Source: Octopus bimaculoides (lineage: Eukaryota). Taken from it: 55,182 bases of DNA. Position 1 is the first letter of the stretch. Each line of letters begins with the position of its first letter. A program made the translations under genes and the position numbers. Shown piece after piece: positions 38,471 to 52,229 of this stretch. The notes under the pieces were generated by a model that was not told where the DNA came from, ran no database searches, and saw only the letters and a program-made list of their open reading frames with translations. The DNA is taken from contig NC_068985.1 in the NCBI RefSeq assembly GCF_001194135.2, positions 19,098,204 through 19,153,385 on the forward strand. Reading direction: 5' to 3'.

Positions 38471-39334
38471 AAAATAGATGAAGCCTTAGCACGAATAACA
38501 ACTCGAATAACCGGCATATTTAATCGTTACATGTAATCAGTTATTTATGTTGATAAATGCGAGTAAATATGGCCGGCTTGTTCCTTATTAGGTATCCTCG
38601 TATACAGCAGAGACTGCACACTTTTAATTTCGTTCAAATATTTTGCTGATCTATTAAAATCGTACATACAGTTGACTAACCGAAAGAAAATTTTGAATCC
38701 AGATCTTTAAGAGTCTTTGCCGTTTTTGTTAATGTAAAATCTATTTTGTTTCTTAAGTATTGTTTTCCATTTCTTTATATTATCATTAGCATTTTAAACT
38801 GGACCGTTCTTTCTCTTTTTGGGGATATTGGAAGGGCGAATTAATTCGAAAATTTTAAGACAACGAAACAACGGAGAGATTATGAACACAGTAAAGGTAC
38901 ACGCCACTAACACTACGCAAATCTAACTGAATGATTGAATAAATGAATGAACGCACACTTGCACTACGGTGAGTGAACTTTTAAAGTAGTCTTCGTGCAA
39001 GTTTGATATTTATTTTCGCAATTGCCATTAAAATTTCTATGCTTATGATTTAAAATAACGATATTAAAGAGGGAAATCGTAAAGTGGGTGCATTACTAAT
39101 ATATGTATATATATATATATTAGTGAATAAATACTGGACTAAATCTTTTAATTTAGTGCCCCACAAGGCCACCGTTCAATGACAGAAACAAGTAAAAGAA
39201 TGAAATAATACATGCATAATACGCGCGCGCGCGCACACATACACACACAAACGCGCGTGTTCGTATAATAGAAACATGAACGCATGCATCACATAAGCAT
39301 ATTTGTGGTAGGCGCATGCGTGGTTGTCCAGTAA

Positions 39335-39840
<506 letters not shown>

Positions 39841-39844
39841 AAGG

Positions 39845-40049
39845 TACGTGTGCCCATCAAACATACCTCTACGTGCCCATCAAACATACCTCTACGTGCC
39901 CATCAAACATATCTCTACGTGCCCATCAAACATACATCTACGTGCCCATCAAACATATCTCTACGTGCCCATCAAACATACCTCTACGTGCCCATCAAAC
40001 ATACCTCTACGTGTCCATCAAACATGCCTCTACGTGCCCATCAAACATA
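39845..40049. repeat. 23-bp minisatellite TGCCCATCAAACATACCTCTACG, ~8.7 copies
   Basis: Units start at 39851, 39874, 39897, 39920, 39943, 39966, 39989, 40012 and 40035. Confidence 0.97.
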
Positions 40050-40429
40050 GCTTTTGATTTCGAAGCAAACGCTTTTAACCGCGCTGCCATAGCCGTCAAT
40101 TCCTAATTAATTTGCTCTCCATACCGGTCACGTTAGATTATTCTTACCCCAACACGACTCGTTCAGCTTTCAGCAACAGGATTTCTTTCTACTTACGATC
40201 TCTACCAAATTGGAGTCTACACTTTACTCACCTGTTGTCTTTGTTGGCAACTGTCGAAATTAAGAACACCTCCATACTTATCTACTGACGGTGAACTTTT
40301 CTGACAGACATGTTGCGGCGCTGTTTTCCTTCTTTTTTCTTCCAAGTAGAAATTACAGTCAAAAATGAACTCTCAATTACATGGTTTATGTGTGACCTAA
40401 TTCTTTAATTATATCATAAAAATCTTCTC

Positions 40430-40738
40430 AATGAGGGTTTTCAAGCAGCCTTGTCTTATGGAAGATGCATCCAAACTTATTTGTTATTTTTGCCCCATAT
40501 TTCCTCACTTAATTCTTTTGGTAGTAACACTACCTCTTCCTGGCTGGCATATGTCCGTGCCTTTTTAATTTTTCCTCCAATTATGTTGAAGTCCAATTAT
40601 AACTGCACGTGAGGCTCGTACACAATCTTTTTTTACGTTGTCGTTTTTCATTACTGATAGTTTTCCTTTTCTTCTGTTGCTGGTATCTCAAACTGCCATC
40701 AGTACTTTGTTGATTTAGTCATTAATAGCGGTGTCTAC

Positions 40739-40740
<2 letters not shown>
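40430..40740 (-). pseudogene. R4/Dong-type LINE 3' (REL endonuclease) remnant
   Basis: Minus translation FEIPATEEKEN (ID.A.P...KE.EK-like) and FHKTRLLENPH (LQK.ALLGTARIL-like). Abuts (TAA)n at 40741-40813. Confidence 0.5.
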
Positions 40741-40815
<75 letters not shown>

Positions 40816-41850
40816 TGTTAAGATAGCGAGCTGGCAGAATCGTTTGCACGCCGGGCGAAATNNNNNNNNNNNNNNNNNNNNNNNNNNNNNNNNNNNNNNN
40901 NNNNNNNNNNNNNNNNNNNNNNNNNNNNNNNNNNNNNNNNNNNNNNNNNNNNNNNNNNNNNNNNNNNNNNNNNNNNNNNNNNNNNNNNNNNNNNNNNNNN
41001 NNNNNNNNNNNNNNNNNNNNNNNNNNNNNNNNNNNNNNNNNNNNNNNNNNNNNNNNNNNNNNNNNNNNNNNNNNNNNNNNNNNNNNNNNNNNNNNNNNNN
41101 NNNNNNNNNNNNNNNNNNNNNNNNNNNNNNNNNNNNNNNNNNNNNNNNNNNNNNNNNNNNCTACAGTGTTAGCTGTTCACTACTAATTAACTAAGGTAAC
41201 AACTCATATTTTTCGAGCACACCTTCCGGAGTATTCGAGCGGAGTATACGCGCTGGGGCCGATGTAATCGACTTAATCCCTTCCCCCAAATTTGAGGCCT
41301 TGTGCATCCAGTAGAAAGGATTATTATTATTATTATTATTATTATTGTTGTTGTTATTATTAAAAGGCGTTGAGCTGGCAGAATCGTTAGCACACTGGAC
41401 GAAATAGTTAGCGGTATTTCGCCCGTCGCTACGTTCTGAGTTCAAATTCCACCGAGGTCGACTTTGCCTTTCATCCTTTCGGGGTCAATAAAATTAGTAC
41501 CGGTTACGCACTGAGGTTGATGTAATCGACTTAATCTCTTCCCCAAATTTGAGGCCTTGTACTTCCAGTAGAAAGGATTATTTATTATTATTAATTATTA
41601 TTATTATTAATTATTGCTATTATTACAAGGCGGCGAGCTGGCAGAATCGTTAGCACACTGGACGAAATAGCGGTCTTTCGTCCGTCGCTACATTCTGAGT
41701 TCAAATTTCCACGAGTTCGACTTAGCCTTTCATCCTTTCGGAATCGATAAATTAAGTACCAGTTGCGTACAAAGTTCGATCTAATCAACTGCCACACCCC
41801 ACACAAAAAAAAATTTCAGGCCTTGTTCCTATAGTAGAAAGGATTATTGT
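40741..41850 (+). mobile_element. Tandem array of at least 3 SINE family A copies separated by (ATT)n
   Basis: Heads at ~40822, ~41362 and ~41627; tails GTAGAAAGGATTATT at ~41310, ~41568 and ~41833. An N gap at 40862-41160 hides part of the array. Confidence 0.9.
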
Positions 41851-42151
41851 TGTTCTTTTGATTATTTGCATTTTCTAATATTATGGTTGCTGTAAGTATT
41901 ATTGCTGTTAATGTTAATACTGGAATTATTGCTGTTTTTTGGCAATTTTTCACAGAAGACACACTGGTATTTTCTTCCCCCGTTCCCGTAGAATGGAGCT
42001 GGCTATCAATCATTTGTGAGTTATCTTTCATTGTCATCGCAGTGACCATTTTTAATGAATTTTTTTCGCGAGAATTTGAGTCTGTGCGCTTTGAATAACT
42101 TGGATTGTTCAAAATCATCTGCATGAAATTTTGTAGGAAGAAATATGCAAG

Positions 42152-43020
<869 letters not shown>

Positions 43021-43024
43021 GTAT

Positions 43025-43410
43025 AGGCGCATGCATGGCTGTGTGGTAAGAAGCTTGCTTCCCGACCGCATGGTTCCAAGTTCAGTCCTACTGCGTGGCA
43101 CCTTGGGCAAGTGTCTTCTGCTATAGCCTCAGGGCGACCAAAGCTTTGCGTGGATTTGGTAGACGGAAACTGAAAGAAGTCCGTCGTATATATGGATATA
43201 TATCTTTGTGTGTCTGTGTTTGTCCCACCACCATCGCTTGACGACCGATGTTGGTGTGTTTACGTCCCCGTAACTTAGCAGTTCAGGAAAAAGAGACCGA
43301 TAGAATAAGTACAAGGCTTACAAAGAATAAGTCCTGGGATCGATTTCTTCGACTAAATACTCCAGCATGACCGCAGTCAAATGACTGAAACAAATGAAAG
43401 AAAGTAAAAG
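43025..43410 (+). mobile_element. SINE family B, full length with short spacer
   Basis: GGCTGTGTGGTAAGAAGCTTGCTTCCC...GGCACCTTGGGCAAGTGTCTTCT...CCGCAGTCAAATGACTGAAACAA. Confidence 0.93.
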
Positions 43411-44129
43411 AACACACATAAAATTATACATAACACACACGTCGCGCACGCGCTCACACACGCATAAAATTTGTGTAAAAATCCATGAGTTAGATAAAAA
43501 GTCACTCGTATATAAGGTAATAGAGTGAATATATTATAATAGTTACTATTGCTACGATATGATATTATAGTCTTACGATAGCCAAATTACCAAATGATTT
43601 CATGCCAAGGATGGAGCATCAACTCTAGCAATCGTCAGAAATGGCTGAATGGTATAATATGGTCTAGGATCTTTGTCTGTGGATGCCTGATAGTGCCAGA
43701 TTTAGTTTATAACTTTTAGGACTGCTGTAAAAAAAAGCAAAAAAACTCGAACGAAACTCATGGGGAGAAATCAACCAGATCAAATCCATGGAATAGAATA
43801 TTTAGTTGATCGGAGTTGTGTCCTTTGAAATCGGACAAAAAATAGTCTACCCTGGTATATAAGATATTGTTTTGCTGGGATGGGTTAAGGGCTGGGCGGG
43901 ATAGGGATGCAAAGGGAGGGGTGGAGCAGTGTGTGTGGAGTAATTTTGAAACTATGTGTCGTCACATACATACATGAGTGTATGTGCTTGTTTATATCAA
44001 AGTTAGGTGTGTATGTGGGGGCAGAAAACTTATATTAATTCCTCCCATTGCAGTGAGGGAAAACACCAATGGAAGGGGAGCTAACGTTTTGTATTTATGG
44101 TGCAGCCCACCAGTTTGCTACAGTATACT

Positions 44130-44420
44130 TGCATTCATTTTCAAAGTTTTGGTAGGCGTCTGAGCGAAGAGACTTTTCCTTATGATTCTTTTCTCAACTA
44201 ATCAGAATCTACACCTCCTATTGCTGTTAATGTAAGGTTTATACTTTTCCAGTATCCTCCACTTCATGTCGTAATGCGCTGCACTTGCCTTCAATGTCCA
44301 TATATATCACGCTAGTGTTGCGAAATTATGCTTCTCTTGGATATTAAACGAGGACTTGTGGTTATGGAACTTGGTCCTGAAGGGATCTTATGTCGGCTCT
44401 CTGCTCGTACGTTCTTTCGA
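44130..44420 (+). pseudogene. Possible highly degenerate CR1/Zenon LINE 3' fragment
   Basis: PPLHVVMR..., LWN-like and QSFGRR-like motifs in mixed frames. Confidence 0.3.
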
Positions 44421-44504
44421 CACCACTCCCGCCTCAAAACGGTTCCTGCGTTGTCATTTAATGGGGGGTGGGTGAGTGGAGTGGTGTTATACACACACAC
44501 ACTA

Positions 44505-44667
44505 CTAGTTCCAAAATTTGACACAAAGTCAGCGATTCCGTGGGAGGGGATAGATCGATTGCATCAACCACCAGTACTAAACTGATACTTATTTTGTTGA
44601 CTCCGAACGCAATGAAAGCAAAATCGACCTCGGCGAAATTTGAACTCAGAACCTAAAGACGGACGAA

Positions 44668-44670
<3 letters not shown>
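44505..44670 (-). mobile_element. SINE family A, runs into (AT)n and N gap
   Basis: ATGAAAGCAAAATCGACCTCGGCGAAATTTGAACTCAGAAC. Confidence 0.8.
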
Positions 44671-44701
<31 letters not shown>

Positions 44702-45136
44702 NNNNNNNNNNNNNNNNNNNNNNNNNNNNNNNNNNNNNNNNNNNNNNNNNNNNNNNNNNNNNNNNNNNNNNNNNNNNNNNNNNNNNNNNNNNNNNNNNNN
44801 NNNNNNNNNNNNNNNNNNNNNNNNNNNNNNNNNNNNNNNNNNNNNNNNNNNNNNNNNNNNNNNNNNNNNNNNNNNNNNNNNNNNNNNNNNNNNNNNNNNN
44901 NNNNNNNNNNNNNNNNNNNNNNNNNNNNNNNNNNNNNNNNNNNNNNNNNNNNNNNNNNNNNNNNNNNNNNNNNNNNNNNNNNNNNNNNNNNNNNNNNNNN
45001 NNNNNNNNNNNNNNNNNNNNNNNNNNNNNNNNNNNNNNNNNNNNNNNNNNNNNNNNNNNNNNNNNNNNNNNNNNNNNNNNNNNNNNNNNNNNNNNNNNNN
45101 NNNNNNNNNNNNNNNNNNNNNNNNNNNNNNNNNNNN

Positions 45137-45174
<38 letters not shown>

Positions 45175-45194
45175 CATGATACGTATGTTATATA

Positions 45195-45312
45195 GTATTC
45201 GCTCACAAGGCATTGGTCAACCCGAGGATATAATAAAAGGCACTTGCTCGTGGTGCCACGTAGTGAGACTGAACCCGAAACCGCGTGGTTACGAAGTGAA
45301 CTTCTTAACCGC
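45195..45312 (-). mobile_element. SINE family B 5' half
   Basis: CACTTGCTCGTGGTGCCACGTAGTGAGACTGAACCCG...CTTCTTAACCGCATAG. Confidence 0.8.
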
Positions 45313-46289
45313 ATAGAGATGCTCCCTCATCCACACGCACGCACGTACACACACATACACACGCATACACACGCACACACAAATGTAAATCTATGCATTG
45401 ACACACGTACGAGTCTCTGTATGTATTTTGTGAAGGTTTATTCAATTCTTCCTAGAGTACAATCTGCTCATTAACAAAGTGACAAGGCTTCTCTGTTTGA
45501 GTTAAACCAGTACCACAGGCTTTTGAATATGAGAGAGCGAGAGGGAGAGAGTTATTGTGTGCGTATATGTGAATGGAAGTGCTTTTCCCCAACTATATGT
45601 ATATGTATGATTGTATGTATTATTAACTGGATGGGAAAAGAAATTAGAATCAGCGATACCTATATTACAAGTAAATGTTTCTCGTCTTGATTTTATCTTT
45701 ACATTTCATCAGTTATCATTTCCCGTTATCCTTGCCAGAAAGAAACGCTCCCTAATTATAGAATACTTTAATTGTTATGTGCCTCTTCTGTTCTCAACTC
45801 GGTCGGTTTGCTCTACAGTAGCGCAGCGCACATACGTATAAACTAACTTGTATCTTTTGCCAAGCACTTTAGTCAGATACGCCCAACGCGTCCAGCAACA
45901 CAAAACTAAAGCGTTAACTTCATAATACATCACAGTCTCGAACATGAAACTGAAAATGTTATAAAACTTGCTTTTGGCTCGTTACCAAGCATCTGTGTTC
46001 TATTATATTAAAAATCTATGTAGCTGGGTTTTCTAAGTATTATTATAATCTTTCTTTGCTTTTATGTATGCACAAAATCCATTTCACTTGAAATTCTTAA
46101 TACAATGCTCTTCAGACAACAGAAAAAAATATAGATTTATTAATTGAAGATAGTACTTATGTAAATAAATGCAAACCCTGGTACAGTAACATTTCTATTC
46201 AATATTGGTTAATTGTAGAAATTAAAAGGTAAGTAAATACTGAGTAGGAAATTTGTCATGCTGTAATATTTGTTTACCCTATAGGTTGG

Positions 46290-46860
46290 TGGAGACGGCT
46301 GGGACGTTAAAAATTCGGGTTGGATGATTTATTTATGAATTTAAGCATCTTGGAGCCGTATTCATGAGTGATGGGAGGCAGGAGGTAGAATTGGATGTAA
46401 TAAGTGCAGGAGGTAGAATTGGATGCTAGAAGTGCAGGTAATGCACAGTAACGCACGAGCCCCAGCGTTCCATCCCTAGAAGAAGAGAGGTTAGTAAAAA
46501 AGCCAAACTCGTTATCTTTAATTCGATTTTCGTGCCTATAATCACCTATGATCAGAAATGCTGTGTAATGACTGACAGAGATCGCAAATACAAAATTAGG
46601 TTCTTCCGGAGGATTTCTGGAGTAGCGTTATTCGACAGGATGCATAGTTCGGAGATCAGGGTCGCTACTTTTCTGCATTGAGAGGTCACTCAAACATGTG
46701 ATTAGAATGTTGCAGAAAAGAATCGCAAGACGGATTCTTGAAGCCGAGCCAAGCGGCAGGAATCCGTGGGGTAGATCAAGAACGAGATGGTTGGATAATA
46801 TCTGTAGTCTTAGTTGGTTACGCTTTGGAATTCAGCCGGGAAGTACAATCACGGTTGCTT
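46290..46860 (+). pseudogene. RTE-clade LINE 3' ORF remnant
   Basis: FKHLGAVFMSDGRQEVELD, KKAKLVIFNSIFVPIITY, RFFRRISGV...DRMHSSEIR and HVIRM...RIARRILEAEPSGRNPWGRSRTRWLD are RTE C-terminal motifs. Confidence 0.88.
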
Positions 46861-47213
46861 CTGTTAGGAGGTACCTGAGGACTCTACCACTCGATCCTAT
46901 AAAGAATAGATGGGCGAATGACATACTATCTGTTTATTATTCCCACTGTTATCAGTTGAATATTTATCTGGAATCAATATTATATCAATTATGTAAGTTC
47001 TAATATAATATACAACTATTGTTTCTTTGAAGTCGTTTTATTTGAGCCAATTTTCAAGAAATCGATAGTTATTTAATTTTTGCTTTAAAAGCAGAAAAAA
47101 ATGTTTTCCTAATTTTCTATACATTATTTATTATCTCGTGTATGAAGAATTTATTTAATATGTAAAATAAATGCTTTTATAACTAAAAATAAATAAAACC
47201 GCGATGCAATTTC

Positions 47214-47434
47214 AATATTTATTTCAAATTTTGACACCAGGTCAGCAATTCCGGAGAAGGGGATGAGTCGATTACATCGACCCCAGTAGTCAACTGGTAC
47301 TTATTTTATCGTCTCCGTAATGATGAAAGGCAAAGTCAACCTCGGTGGTGTTTGAACTCAAAACGCAAATTTTGACGAAATGTCACTAGGCATTTTACCC
47401 GGCATGCTAACGATTCTGCCAGCTCACCGCCTTA
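47214..47434 (-). mobile_element. SINE family A, full length (left arm of inverted pair)
   Basis: Complete reverse-complement copy. Confidence 0.92.
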
Positions 47435-47463
47435 TGCAATGTCAATATTAGAAAAATTAAGAA

Positions 47464-47782
47464 TAAGGCGAGGAGCTTGCAGAATCGTTAGCATGCCGGG
47501 TAAAATGCTTAGCGGAACTTCATCCGACTTTACGTTCTGAGTTCAAATTCCACTGTGGTCGGCTTTGCCTTTCATCCTTTCGGGGTTGGTAAAATAGTAC
47601 CGGTTGAGGCACTACTTCAATACGGAAGTCCCGTAGGGTTAGTTTTAGGGTTAGTTAGGGTTAGGATTAGTTTTTAGGGACCTCTGTATTTAAGTAGTAC
47701 CGTAGTTGAACACAGGTTGATGCAATCGACTCATCCCCTCCCCCAAATTACTGGCCTTGTGCCAAAATTTGAAATCAATATT
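47464..47782 (+). mobile_element. SINE family A, full length, interrupted by MITE (right arm of inverted pair)
   Basis: Head 47464-47607 and tail 47702-47782. Confidence 0.92.
47608..47701. mobile_element. Palindromic MITE with internal TTAGGG-type repeats
   Basis: Left GGCACTACTTCAATACGGAAGTCCC and right GGGACCTCTGTATTTAAGTAGTACC; the interior reads TAGGGTTAGTTTTAGGGTTAGTTAGGGTTAGG. Confidence 0.8.
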
Positions 47783-49169
47783 AAAATAAAGTATTTTGAG
47801 CATAAAGTAAATTTGAACATTGTTTTATGAAACAAATGGCATGTTTTAAGTTATTGTAAAAATTGCTCGTAAATGGTACAGAAATGTGGAATATAAAGAA
47901 ACAATATAATATCACGACATTTTCAGAATACACCGTAGACAAGACAGTCAAATGATGACAAATATATTTTCGGCAAAATGTAATCTCAATGTAAGTGAAT
48001 TTCTGATAAGGTAACTGGTTAAAAACCTTATATCAAGGCTCAATCAAATAATAAAAAATAGAGTTAGTGTTAATATTTTAAAAGCAAGGAGCATTAAATA
48101 TGTTAATATGAAATAATTTCACGGCGGGGGAACAAAAAGACATTAACTAACATTATTGCGAGTTTATCGGCTAGTACGGGAGACATCTCGAGACATATTT
48201 ACATCTTATTTGATTTTATCAGTGAAGCATAGACTTAAACCGTACACACCGAAGTTTTGTGTCCGTCGAAGTAATGAAGTTAACATAATAATATACGTGC
48301 GTGCGGATGACGTCTACGAATAATATATTCTCTTGAGAACTTTTATTTTTATCTATCAATAAGTGTACATTCTTTTATATTTACTTAGCAATCCTTTCAT
48401 TACAACCTCAGTAAGTACAGCGAAATGTATGCTTCATTGGAAAGGGCTAATACAGTCGAAACATGCTCGGAATTATCTCTCGTGTTCACCGAAAGCATCA
48501 AAGTAATATTAGTCATTGGCTGATGTTATTTTTTCCTCACTGTTAGCTTTTTGATGTGCCATACATTAAATATGTTAACACCAGCTTAACTATAGGGCAA
48601 ACTCAGTTGAAATACCTATGGCTTATGATAGTTGGCAAATGTGGCGTTCTGTTGTGTTTCAAAAGTGACAGATGTAAGACGCTAGTTCAAACGGCGAATT
48701 TGTCTAAGAACTGTCATGAAAATATGTCAGATATATTCAACAGCATTTTGAAATTCGGTGTTTATTAGTGCACTGTAATCAAAGACTTGTGATGCAGGAA
48801 ACAAGAGTTTATCTAAATATTTAAAGTTTCTAGTTACAAACACGCCCTGTTGTTGTCATTAAAAATATATTTCATCTTTGAGGAAATAAAATCGTTGCTG
48901 CAGAAAATGACTGTGAGCAGATACTGAATTTGAGTTCGAAGCCAAGCGTAACAGATGTAAACTTTACTAGCAGAGTGACGTCGAAAATTCCTGCTGGGAT
49001 TTCTATTTTAATATGATAAAGAAAACAATTCGTACAGTATTACAAGATCCAAAACTAAATAACGATCCTTACATAGAAACTTGTTCAGAAACTTGACAGA
49101 CAGTAATATTGCAATGAATCGTGTCTGAAATATGAGTTATATAAAATCTGTGATAATAAATTTGATAGT

Positions 49170-49214
<45 letters not shown>

Positions 49215-49675
49215 NNNNNNNNNNNNNNNNNNNNNNNNNNNTGCGCGCGCGCGCGCACAAATTAAAACTTGATAAGAGGTCATTTAATACTTTCATATGC
49301 CACCAGGTCCCTTTTACATACAAACGATGATTCAAAAAGGGCTTACAAGACTTGTGGGTACGTAGATATTTGCAGTTATATTAAAAGGAGAGATGGGGAT
49401 AAAGACGTTATACAATATACTGAAGACAAATAAAAAATTTGATACAAATATATACATAGAATGCACATCACACGCGCGCACACACAAACATAATAAAACA
49501 GGTAATTTAATAATGGTAATTATTTGGCTATTGTATAATAATGCAAATATAGGTTAATTGCTATATCTAATAATAATGTTAACATGACGATATGTATATA
49601 TGTAACCAAAACCTCACTCTCTGTCACCCTTCCCAAATCTCTGACAGTGTCTTTAAAGGCGACCGATGAACTTAC

Positions 49676-49721
49676 TTGTCCTGCTACTTCAACTACCAAC
49701 TTTGAAGATATGAAATAGATG
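49676..49721 (-). CDS. Candidate 46-nt internal exon of an unidentified host gene
   Basis: Strong pyrimidine tract CCTTCTCCCCCTGTCTTACAG| and donor CAA|GTAAGT. Only one frame is open (IYFISSKLVVEVAGQ; phase 2 to phase 0). Confidence 0.45.
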
Positions 49722-50006
49722 CTGTAAGACAGGGGGAGAAGGAAGCGAAGGGGAAGATCGTAGAGGAAAAATTGTCCAATTTTGTTTAGCCGCGAGTTGA
49801 CTTATGGGTACTGAAACTGCTGAAAGTAACAGCCAAAATTAATAAACCACCCCCAACAATTTTAATAAAAGCTATATTGAACAATATAGTTGCTGATAGA
49901 AAAATGATGGGATTGTCATTAGAGTTTTGTTCGACTGCGATTTATTTGCTCTACATAGACATATACCTTTTTATTTCTTTATTGCCCTCTGGGGATTAAA
50001 AATAGA

Positions 50007-50203
50007 GGGAATAAACAAGAACAGACAAAGGGATTAAGTCGATTACATCGACCCCAGTGCGTAACTTGTACTTATTTAATCGACCCCTAAAGGATGAAAG
50101 GCAAAGTCGACCGCAGCGGAGTTTGAACTCATAACGTAACGGCAGACGAAATACCGCTAAGCATTTCACCCGGCGTGCTAACGTTTCTGCCAGCTCGCCA
50201 CCC
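50007..50203 (-). mobile_element. SINE family A, full length, well preserved
   Basis: Reverse complement of all diagnostic blocks. Confidence 0.93.
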
Positions 50204-50214
50204 TACATATTATA

Positions 50215-50340
50215 TCTTTTTGAAATCATCATGATCCCGGGGTTGAAAATCTGCCCTCCATTTGGTTCTTGAACAACCAGCTTTGAGATCTGATTTGAAA
50301 GCGTTTGGGCTGCTATTTCTAGCAAATAAAGCTTGGTCGT
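50215..50340 (-). repeat. Dispersed repeat with TTGG.TGCTATTTCTAGCA motif (also ~49815 in opposite orientation, ~51710 and ~53265)
   Basis: The recurrent motif GGCTGCTATTTCTAGCA / GCTGAAAGTAACAGCCAA is probably the tail of a SINE. Confidence 0.5.
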
Positions 50341-52229
50341 CAGAGATCAACAATTGGAATTCGACTTGGGACTGGAACAATAGAATGATTGCATTACAGA
50401 ATTAATTCTCTTCCGTACTTAACCTCTGACCAAACACCACCAGCGCATATAGTCATTACAGACGTATTATAGTTATGCTATTTAGACCTCTTTAGTTTGG
50501 GGCCACAGACCCAATTAACACTCCGCAGGAGCTAGCTTAAAAGTCTGCACAGAGTGCGACTTTTAAGCTAGTATACATACACACACACATACATACATAC
50601 ATACATACATACATACATACATACATACATACATGCATACATAGGTACATACGTACGTATATNNNNNNNNNNNNNNNNNNNNNNNNNNNNNNNNNNNNNN
50701 NNNNNNNNNNNNNNNNNNNNNNNNNNNNNNNNNNNNNNNNNNNNNNNNNNNNNNNNNNNNNNNNNNNNNNNNNNNNNNNNNNNNNNNNNNNNNNNNNNNN
50801 NNNNNNNNNNNNNNNNNNNNNNNNNNNNNNNNNNNNNNNNNNNNNNNNNNNNNNNNNNNNNNNNNNNNNNNNNNNNNNNNNNNNNNNNNNNNNNNNNNNN
50901 NNNNNNNNNNNNNNNNNNNNNNNNNNNNNNNNNNNNNNNNNNNNNNNNNNNNNNNNNNNNNNNNNNNNNNNNNNNNNNNNNNNNNNNNNNNNNNNNNNNN
51001 NNNNNNNNNNNNNNNNNNNNNNNNNNNNNNNNNNNNNNNNNNNNNNNNNNNNNNNNNNNNNNNNNNNNNNNNNNNNNNNNNNNNNNNNNNNNNNNNNNNN
51101 NNNNNNNNNNNNNNNNNNNNNNNNNNNNNNNNNNNNNNNNNNNNNNNNNNNNNNNNNNNNNNNNNNNNNNNNNNNNATATATATATATATATTTGTTTAT
51201 ATATATATATATATCCTTACAATGACTGGTAAAAAATCAGATGAAGGGCAGTTTTTTGTGAGTTCTATCAATTATTCCACTCGATTTCTGAACTGATTCA
51301 AAGAGACATTCCACTGAAGCTATTCTTCAGATTTTAGCAATGAATTCCTCTGTTTAGTGTCACCAAGTATCTCTATAGGAAAAAAAAAAGATGATATGTG
51401 TGCACTAATCTTAAATATTAATTGATTAGGCTGACAAAAATAGTAGAGAAGTTGATTAGATTCATGTCATTAGTTACGTCGCTTTACATTCTAAATAAAT
51501 AACGAACTCGCCAATACTTTCATCCCATTCAGGGTCGATAAAATATGTTCTAGTTGTTTTAAACCCCAGATCAGCCCTGTTCAAGCAAATCTGCGATCAG
51601 TAGTATTTTAACTAGGACCATCCTGTTATTTTGGAGGACATCTAGCACTACATTATATAATCTGTTTTCGTTTCTTCTTTTTTTTTGAGACGATAGCTTG
51701 TGATTTGAGGGGTATTTGACTCCTCTTGGTTCAAAAGAGCGTTCGTTAATTATATAGAAATTGGTAACATGATATGTAAAAGAATAAATCGAAAGATCGA
51801 AGGTGTACAAGAACTCTGAGTCTCAAAGGAAATTACAGTCGTTTACCATTAGAAGATAAGGCTTCTGTTTCATGAAAATATCTATATTAAGCATAATGGT
51901 AATATATTTTCCCCAAGGTTTTATAAAATGATTAGCCGACTCATATCTATCTACATCTCTATGGTTTCACCTCGTTATTCGAATCTCTGGTTACATTTAA
52001 GTGCAACTAGTTCTGTTAATTCAAATTACATTTCGCTAATTTTCTAGAACACCAGTCGTTACGAGGCATTTCTGTCAAAAATATTGTGATATTTTACAAC
52101 ACAAGAGCATTGCAATAGCTTTTCCTTCAAGCAGAGCAATCCAACAGTACCAGATTTGACTCTACACATAAGGAACAATTTAAGCTTTTGCACATAACTA
52201 CATTATTAATATTTCTCTGGTTCTTCCTC

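Noticed and set aside
40231-40330. Minus-strand CAG|GTGAGT donor with a possible MEVFLISTVANKDN start or 19-nt exon
   Set aside because: The context resembles the 5' non-coding part of a mariner element and sits between repeats; kept only as a weak exon candidate.
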